NCBI GenBank assembly: GCA_002269645.1
Contig: NIVC01000856.1
Span: 330,912 to 394,911 of the forward strand
Length of the DNA: 64,000 nucleotides
Reading direction: 5' to 3'
From: Macrostomum lignano
Taxonomy: Eukaryota
Position numbers and translations under genes: made by a program
In this document: one piece after another, positions 26,632-64,000 of the stretch
How the letters are laid out: each line of letters begins with the position of its first letter
How positions within the stretch are numbered: the stretch's first letter is position 1
The notes under the pieces: model-generated
Seen by the model: only the letters and a program-made list of their open reading frames with translations
Told to the model about the DNA's origin: nothing
The model's database searches: none

Positions 26632-29114
26632 CTTTAAGTCTGCTAAGTGCTAACAATAGTTTGCTAAGCACTAAGCAGCTTTTTAACCCTGTGACTGTAG
26701 GCCCCAAAAGTGAATTAAGTATCCAAGTAAAATTTAAAATAAATAGAAGTAATGTTAATGACATCATTGACATGTTCAGATGTAATAAATCCTTATATAA
26801 GTTATATTATATTATATAATATGATGCAAAAGTTAAATCTTGGGATTAAGAAGCAAAATAATCAGTTGCAGTATATCTATATCTTATGTCGGTTTAAGAT
26901 GTCGAGAATGAGAATAACTACAATGGACTAGTACATAGTAATAGTCCTAGCTCGGCGCTCGAAGTTGTGTCGGTTAAGAAATTCAGGTTCATTGTTATGT
27001 GGGCTTTTTTGAACAGATCACTTTTATATTTAAACCGGGGGAGATTCGCTTTTCTCTGATAGCGTGACCAACCGTAGATTCCAAGGTCATTGTAATGACA
27101 TGTAAAAAGAAATGCTTATTAAACTAAATATTGTTTAAAAATTTATATGTCAGTAGTACTATACTATAGCAGAATAAACTGTAGTAATTTTGCACAAAAT
27201 GTTAAAAAATTAGTTTAACTAAGAGTAATGTTTAAACGCACGCTTTCTAATAAATTAGTTATCGCGCATTTCAAAATTATCGTAGTTCATAAGTTACAGT
27301 ACGAGCGTACAAGTAAAGCAATCATTCAACTAAACGTCGTTTAGATCTTTTTAGTGCATAAATATTCCGTTCTTGTTCTTCATCTTACTTCGAACAGACT
27401 ATTTTAAACTCTTGGCTTTTCACACAAAGCATCATTAGTAGTGATGTTTAATTAAAATGGATTCAACAAACAGCATACTTAAATTCTTTCAAAATGTATT
27501 CACGGTTTTGAATGCTTTGATGTAGTTTGTTTTTCTGATTAATAACTTTATCATCAAATTTTTATAGTTATCTACACTAAGCTAATAAAATTGTATTTTG
27601 ACCAGAATCAATGCAAAATTAAAGTAAGGTGTATAGACTAAATTTGTGATTTTAGTTCGCAGTTAGATATTGAGATTGAGACATAAGGACATTGCGATTC
27701 ACAAAAATTTTCTAAATATAATCACTGACAGACGTTGAAAATTTAGATTTTTTAGATTTTTTGAAACAATCTTGACAAATAACTTTGAGATCAGCAACAG
27801 TTATACTTCATTATAATTTAATTTTTAAGACAAGTTTTTTTAGTTGAGCTATTATAGTAAAGCAAGTATATATTAAACTGAGCTTTTAGCATTTACTGCT
27901 TATTTTTATACTACTTTCGCTTCTGTTGTATATTTTACATTTGTTCTAGTATTTATGGCAAGAACTTTAACTCTTAAACACTTTCTTAATCTGGGCTCTA
28001 GCAGCTTTTGAATTTTTATAATTATTTACATTTCTACTACATAGATAGACTTTCGTCGTGGTTCATAATCTATCTTTAATTTCTATCATGTTTTATAAAA
28101 TCATTTTCATAAATCTAAAAATGTTTAAAAGAATTAAGGTCCATGAATACGAGTATGATCAACCATAAAAAATAAAATAATTTTAATTTGTAAGAAGAAG
28201 CAAAATTTACTGTTTCTTGCAAAATTGTGTTGTCTATAGTAGCTGGTATTGTTTATATTTATTAATTAAGTTGCTTAGTCAATCCTATAGACTTGTAGAG
28301 TTTAGTCTCTTATACAAGCTTTTCCTGTACGCAAACCAACTAAAAATCAATTAAGGGAATATTAAAAACAAAGAGTTCAGTTCATTTTCCATATAATTCG
28401 TAATCTGCATAATGATTTCTATAAATAATCTGAATTAGCATTGTCTGTCAATTGGCAGGTGATGAAAACAGCCGACCAAGAACTCATTTAGATTTGTAAG
28501 TAAATTGCGGGACTCTTCTATCCATCGAAATGAATTCGAACTGAAGAAGGAATTGTACTTTAGCCGAGACGGCTTGACGCTCTGCAGACATTCGAAGAGA
28601 GGGGAAATGCATGCGCTAGGCCGCCAATTTCTTCCGCTTCTTGCCTGGGAGAAGAGAAGCCGCTACTGACTTGGGGACGGAATGACGATGGGGAAGAGGA
28701 GTTGGTCAGAGAAAAATCCCCTCGGGGATGCGCCATGCTCGGGCCTGTTAGGAAAATCAAGAGTGAGGGAAAGAGATCTGGAGGCCGAGGAAGAGAAGGG
28801 CGGAGACGGCGCTGTCGCCATGAGCCGAAAAGGCGGAGTGGCTCTGACAGTCGGTCTCTTTTCTTTTTTTCATCTGGCCTCCCGCCTCTCGATTGATTTC
28901 AACGCAACTCCTCTCAATGTTTGCTCTCAGGGCTTCACTCTGCTCAGACCGACTCATTCCTCTTATTGGTCTCCCGCCGCCGTCAGGTTACACCGATTTT
29001 AAATGCTTTTAGTGTAGTGTTGCATTTTACATCGGAAAAGTCTGCAATACCACTTCAATCAGAAGTTAATGTAAAAAGGATCGTTCTGCGTGTGCTCAGG
29101 AGTCAGCGGAGTGC

Positions 29115-30222
29115 GCTGACACCCAATATGACCCTCCAGCTGACACCCAATATGACCTTCCAGCTCACACCCAATATGACCCTCCAGCTAACACCCAATA
29201 TGACCCTCCAGCTGACACTCAATATGACCCTCCAGCTCACACCCAATATGACCCTCCAGCTGACACCCAATATGACCTTCCAGCTCATACCCAATATGAC
29301 CCTCCAGCTGACACCCAATATGACCCTTCAGCTGACACCCAATATGACCTTCCAGCTGACACCCAATATGACCCTCCAGCTCACACCCAATATGACCCTC
29401 CAGCTGACACCCAATATGACCCTCCAGCTGACACCCAATATGACCCTCCAGCTCACACCCAATATGACCCTCCAGCTGACATCCAATATGACCCTCCAGC
29501 TGACACCCAATATGACCCTCCAGCTGACACCCAATATGACCCCCCAGCTCACACCCCCCCCCAGCTCACCCAGACCCTCCAGCCCACCCAGACCCTCCAG
29601 CTGGTATCCACCATATGGCCCTCCAGCTGGTATCCACTATGGCCCTCCAGCTGGTATCCACCATATGGCCCTCCAGCTGGTATCCACTATGGCCCTCCAG
29701 CTGGTATCCACTATGGCCCTCCAGCTGGTATCCACTATGGCCCTCCAGCTGGTATCCACTATGGCCCTCCAGCTGGTATCCACTATGGCCCTCCAGCTGG
29801 TATCCACTATGGCCCTCCAGCTGGTATCCACTATGGCCCTCCAGCTGGTATCCACTATGGCCCTCCAGCTGGTATCCACTATGGCCCTCCAGCTGGTATC
29901 CACTATGGCCCTCCAGCTGGTATCCACTATGGCCCTCCAGCTGGTATCCACTATGGCCCTCCAGCTGGTATCCACTATGGCCCTCCAGCTGGTATCCACT
30001 ATGGCCCTCCAGCTGGTATCCACTATGGCCCTCCAGCTGGTATCCACTATGGCCCTCCAGCTGGTATCCACTATGGCCCTCCAGCTGGTATCCACTATGG
30101 CCCTCCAGCTGGTATCCACTATGGCCCTCCAGCTGGTATCCACTATGGCCCTCCAGCTGGTATCCACTATGGCCCTCCAGCCCACTATGGCCCTCCAGCT
30201 GGTATCCACTATGGCCCTCCAA
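29115..30222. repeat. Two adjacent related 24-bp arrays (CCAGCTGACACCCAATATGACCCT, then CCAGCTGGTATCCACTATGGCCCT)
   Basis: Direct reading; switch near 29580. Confidence 0.95.
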
Positions 30223-30614
30223 ATTTTTCAACGCGAATTGCGAGAAAAATAAAGTTTAAGTGCACAAAAGACTCGTATTGATAATACTACTGCTTATCCA
30301 TGAGTGCTGAAATATCAGCAAAAAATGATACCCATATTCACCCATTACGAATACAATGCATAATAAATTTCTGTGCTTCCCAAGCAGATTGGCAAATGCC
30401 AGTTTTGGGGAAAATTTTGACTTTTTTTCGCGCGTCTCTTGTTTGCCTTACAGTGTCGCCCTTTTCTGTTGCCAGTCAGGCTATGCGGGTTTTGGATCTG
30501 AATAATTTACTAAAGCGACTGTGCTTTATGGGCCTTCTGTTATAAGCGAGGCATATTCCGATCGAGTGCTTTAGTGGATTTTCGTGTCGGTAGCATTCAA
30601 CGTTCCACTATAAC

Positions 30615-31560
30615 CAACTATGACCAATTAGAAGCTCTATATGACCCAATTAGTAGCTAATCTTTATGACCCAATTAGAAGCCAATCTTTATGACCAATT
30701 AGAAGCTCTATATGACCCAATTAGAAGCTAATCTTTATGACCCAATTAGAAGCTAATCTTTATGACCCAATTTGAAGCTAATCTTTATGACCCAATTAGA
30801 AGCCAATCTTTATGACCCAAGTAGAAGCTAATCCTTATGACCAATTAGAAGCTAATCTTTATGACCCAATTTGAAGCTAATCTTTATGACCCAATTAGAA
30901 GCTAATCTTTATGACCCAATTAGAAGCTAATCTTTATGACCCAAGTAGAAGCTAATCTTTATGACCCAAGTAGAAGCTAATCTTTATGACCAATTAGAAG
31001 CTAATCTTTATGACCCAATTAGAAGCCAATCTTTATGACCCAATTAGAAGCTAATCTTTATGACCCAATTTGAAGCTAATCTTTATAACCCAATTAGAAG
31101 CTAATCTTTATGACCAATTAGAAGCTCTATATGACCCAATTAGAAGCTAATCTTTATGACCCAAGTAGAAGCTAATCTTTATGACCAATTAGAAGCTAAT
31201 CTTTATGACCAATTAGAAGCTTATCTTTATGACCCAATTAGAAGCCAATCTTTATGACCCAATTAGAAGCTAATATTTATGACCAATTAGAAGCCAATCT
31301 TTATGACCCAATTAGAAGCTAATCTTTATGACCCAAGTAGAAGCTAATCTTTATGACCCAAGTAGAAGCTAATCTTTATGACCAATTAGAAGCTAATCTT
31401 TATGACCCAATTAGAAGCTAATCTTTATGACCCAATTAGAAGCTAATATTTATGACCAATTAGAAGCTAATCTTTATGACCAATTAGAAGCTAATCTTTA
31501 TGACCCAATTAGAAGCTAATCTTTATGACCCAATTAGAAGCTAATATTTCTTTATGACCA
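30615..31560. repeat. 25-bp minisatellite GACCCAATTAGAAGCTAATCTTTAT upstream of the GluN1 ATG
   Basis: Direct reading. Confidence 0.95.
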
Positions 31561-31742
31561 CCTGACAGCTAATTTCAATCATTGATTAATCATTAGCTCG
31601 TAAGCTAATATCGATGCACCTTATCGATACGAGCTAATTTCATCGATTTATTTTACTCTTCTTAGCAGCAGAGCTCAGCCTAAGTCAACCCGATACAGAA
31701 GCAGCTAAAAAATCTCTGTTGTTCATGCCAATTCCCTAAGGA

Positions 31743-60525
<28,783 letters not shown>

Positions 60526-61644
60526 GTGAGTTATTTTGTCCGTTTCCTATTTTGCATGCTTCGATCTGGCTACTGATAGTAGCGATAACTTGTTGATATC
60601 ATTAATACTATTTGAATTGCATTCGCTAAAAAGAGCACATGAAGATACTCGTACTATATTACTATATACGTAATATATTGGAAAACGATCTGTTTGTATC
60701 TAAGGTGAGATAACTTCCTTTAACTGTCTTTGTTCAAATATTTATACAGTAATGTTTATATATCTATAAGGGAAAAACCTATATTAAAAAGGGAGCTCCC
60801 GCGTATCCAAGGGAAATCCCAACATATCCAAGGGAATTCCCGCGTATCCAAGGGAAATCCCACGTACCCATTCAATCTGAATGAACATCGACATGTCCAA
60901 AGATCTAATCGATAAATCAAAAGGAAAAGATTGCTACTGAAAGTAAAAGTAAGATCGTCCTAATTAGAAGGAAACCCAGCATTAAGCTTTCGCAGGCTTC
61001 CCGAGTTTGTAATTAGGCGCTTTCCTAAGGCCTGGGCCCTCTGATATGTTTGCTATTGTTAATTAAACACTAATTAGAATCTTTCTCCTGCTCAAAGCTG
61101 CTGATCCCTTCCGGTCGGGCCTCGGGCATCTCTCTTTAATTTGTGCTCAGTAATAATCTATTTTCTAGCTCCCTTTCTTTTCTTCAAGGGAATTGTAAAA
61201 GATGACGAAAAACAACAGCGAGACTTTCTTGCTCCACTTTTCCCCTGCCCGAAGCCGCAGCGCTGGCGTATTTTTATCCAGCTAATCTGCGCGCTCAACC
61301 CCGGGGCTTTAGATAATTATGCTCTCATCGAGGCTCAGCTAATGCCTCCTGGTTAGTCAGGGTCTAGAGCTTGCCTAGTGCTCGCTTGCCTGCTTCTGGG
61401 CGCCCCGTGGACCGCGTGGACTTTCCAATATGAGAAGGGGCTGGTCCCCTCAGGACCCCGGCCGCTAAGTCCTCTAATCCAGTCCTTCCCGCAGTCTCTC
61501 AGCTGCTTGTCTTCCTCGCTCTTCAAAAATTGCAGTTCGGCATGCCCTCTCGTCGTCTGACTAACTTTTTTTCGCGCAAATTTATATTAACTTTTTTAAA
61601 CTCAAGAACACCTGAATTTTGCTTTTGATGTCAGTTTGCAATGC

Positions 61645-63090
61645 AGATGATGCCTGGCACTTAAAATTCTATGGCTTGATAGTAGTTTCCAATCCAGATG
61701 CTCTAAAAGTTCATGGTTTTAATAGTAGTCTAAAATCCAAATGCCTGATACTTAAAAGTCTATGGCTTGATAGTAGTTTCCAATCCAGATGCTCTTAAAG
61801 TCCATGGTTTGAATAGTAGTCTCCAATCCAAATGCCTGGCACTTAAAATTCTATGGCTTGATAGTAGTTTCCAATCCAGATGCTCTAAAAGTCCATGGTT
61901 TTAATAGTAGTCTAAAATCCAAATGCCTGATACTTAAAAGTCTATGGCTTGATAGTAGTTTCCAATCCAGATGCTCTTAAAGTCCATGGTTTAATTAGTA
62001 GTCTTCAATCCAAATGCCTGGCACTTAAAATTCTATGGCTTGATAGTAGTTTCCAATCCAGATGCTCTAAAAGTCCATGGTTTTAATAGTAGTCTAAAAT
62101 CCAAATGCCTGATACTTAAAAGTCTATGGCTTGATAGTAGTTTCCAATCCAGATGCTCTTAAAGTCCATGGTTTAATTAGTAGTCTTCAATCCAAATGCC
62201 TGGCACTTAAAATTCTATGGCTTGATAGTAGTTTCCAATCCAGATGCCTCTAAAAGTCCATGGTTTTAATAGTAGTCTAAAATCCAAATGCCTGATACTT
62301 AAAAGTCTATGGCTTGATAGTAGTTTCCAATCCAGATGCTCTTAAAGTCCATGGTTTGAATAGTAGTCTTCAATCCAAATGCCTGGCACTTAAAATTCTA
62401 TGGCTTGATAGTAGTTTCCAATCCAGATGCTCTAAAAGTCCATGGTTTGAATAGTAGTCTAAAATCCAAATGCCTGATACTTAAAAGTCTATGGCTTGAT
62501 AGTAGTTTCCAATCCAGATGCTCTTAAAGTCCATGGTTTGAATAGTAGTCTTCAATCCAAATGCCTGGCACTTAAAATTCTATGGCTTGATAGTAGTTTC
62601 CAATCCAGATGCTCTAAAAGTCCATGGTTTGAATAGTAGTCTCCAATCCAAATGCCTGGCACTTAAAATTCTATGGCTTGATAGTAGTTTCCAATCCAGA
62701 TGCTCTAAAAGTCCATGGTTTGAATAGTAGTCTCCAATCCAAATGCCTGATACTTAAAAGTCTATGGCTTAATAGTAGTTTCCAATCCGCAGATTCCTGA
62801 CACAGAAGTCCATGGCATGAATACTAGTTTCCAATCCGGATGCCTGACTTTAAAAGTCCATGGCTTGAGTAGTGTAGTTTCCAATTCACAGTAGACTTAA
62901 AAGTCCATGGCTTGAATACTAGTTTCCGATCCAAATGCCTGATTTTTTTAAATTCCATGGCTTCAGTAGGTAGTTTCCGATTCACAAATGACTTAAAAAG
63001 TCCATGGTTTGAATGTTAGTTTCCAATCCACAGACGCCTGACACAGAAGTCCATGGCTTGAATACTAGTTTCCAATCCAGGTGACTTAAG
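61645..63090. repeat. Composite satellite, ~45-bp subunits in a 182-bp higher-order repeat
   Basis: AATGCCTGGCACTTAAAATTC starts at 61831, 62013, 62195 (period 182). Confidence 0.93.
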
Positions 63091-63494
63091 TCTAAAACTC
63101 CATGGCGGCGCCGCAGTGTTAAGCCGGTAACAAATCTGTCATATTTTTGAGCAGGAAGTGCCGCAGATCCCGTGTTTTTATTTATTAAAGAAAACAGTCC
63201 CCGACTGGGGCGGTGGTTGAGACGCCTCTGGCCGTGAATTAATTAGTGAAATTGCTTTTGTCGTGCGTCCTGCCGGCTGCTGCTGACAGCGGCCAAGGGG
63301 CTGAGGCCTGGGACTGAGCAGTAACCACGACTGCTGGTGGGGGGCGGGGTGGAGACTGGGCCGCTGCGACCTCGGGAGTTTTTGTTGAGCCACGTTGCTC
63401 TTCTCCCCTTTATGCGTCCTTGGTTGCATTATTTAGACTGTAAATGGGAAAGTTGTGAATAGCTGGGAATAGCTGATTTGCGTCTTTGAGCTGC

Positions 63495-64000
63495 TGGCCT
63501 TGCACCGAGATGGGTTATCAACGGCGCCAATATGGTATCAACGGCGCTAATATCAACGGCGCCAATATTAGTATCACGGCGCCAATATTGGTATCAACGG
63601 CGCTAATATTGGTTATCAACGGCCGCTAGTATTGGTATCAACGGCGCTAATATTGTATCAACGGCGCTAATATTGGTATCAACGGCGCTAGTATTTGGTA
63701 TCAACGGCGCTAGTATTGGTATCAACGGCGCTAATATTGGTATCAACGGCGCTAGTATTGGTATCAACGGCGCTAGTATTGGTATCAACGCGCTAATATT
63801 GGTATCAACGGCGCCTAGTATTGTATCAACGGGCGTATATTGCGTAATCAAGCGCCAATATTGGTATCAACGGCGCTAATATTGGTATCAACGGCGCTAG
63901 TATTGGTATCAACGGCGCTAATATTGTATCAACGGCGCTAATATTGGTATCAACTGCGCTAATATGGTATCAACGGCGCTAATATTGGTATCAACGGCGC
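63495..64000. repeat. 21-bp minisatellite GGTATCAACGGCGCTAATATT
   Basis: Direct reading; many 1-nt deletions. Confidence 0.92.

Noticed and set aside
26579-26773. 64-aa hydrophobic ORF as the NPC1 first exon
   Set aside because: It ends in a stop before the nearby donor and is in a different frame from the phase-compatible candidate; left unresolved.
60526-64000. Remaining GluN1 exons (AFIWD, M4)
   Set aside because: No matching translation found; the gene continues beyond the window.

Overview
Eukaryotic, intron-rich animal DNA with GC-rich exons. The extreme tandem-repeat load resembles a free-living flatworm such as Macrostomum (inference, not verified). By manual splice-site reading I find four spliced protein genes: (1) a complete 13-exon divergent ionotropic glutamate receptor / IR-like gene (+, 2264-12052); (2) NPC1 (-, 13240-25973, start exon uncertain) with two candidate alternative terminal exons; (3) an NMDA receptor GluN1-type gene (+, 31743 to beyond 60525, 3' end outside the window); (4) a 3-exon LRR transmembrane gene nested antisense in the 19-kb intron 4 of GluN1 (-, 37980-40855). 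There are also two fragments of RNase-H-type non-LTR retrotransposons, a ~300-bp dispersed repeat present twice, and more than 40 distinct micro/minisatellite arrays. The dominant structure is that nearly every intron longer than ~110 nt in the three main genes holds its own tandem array. The arrays often start within a few bases of a splice site and sometimes appear built from the splice-site sequence itself. Most long ORFs in the supplied track are translations of these arrays, not genes. Exon coordinates are hand-derived and repeat boundaries are approximate (about 10-30 nt).
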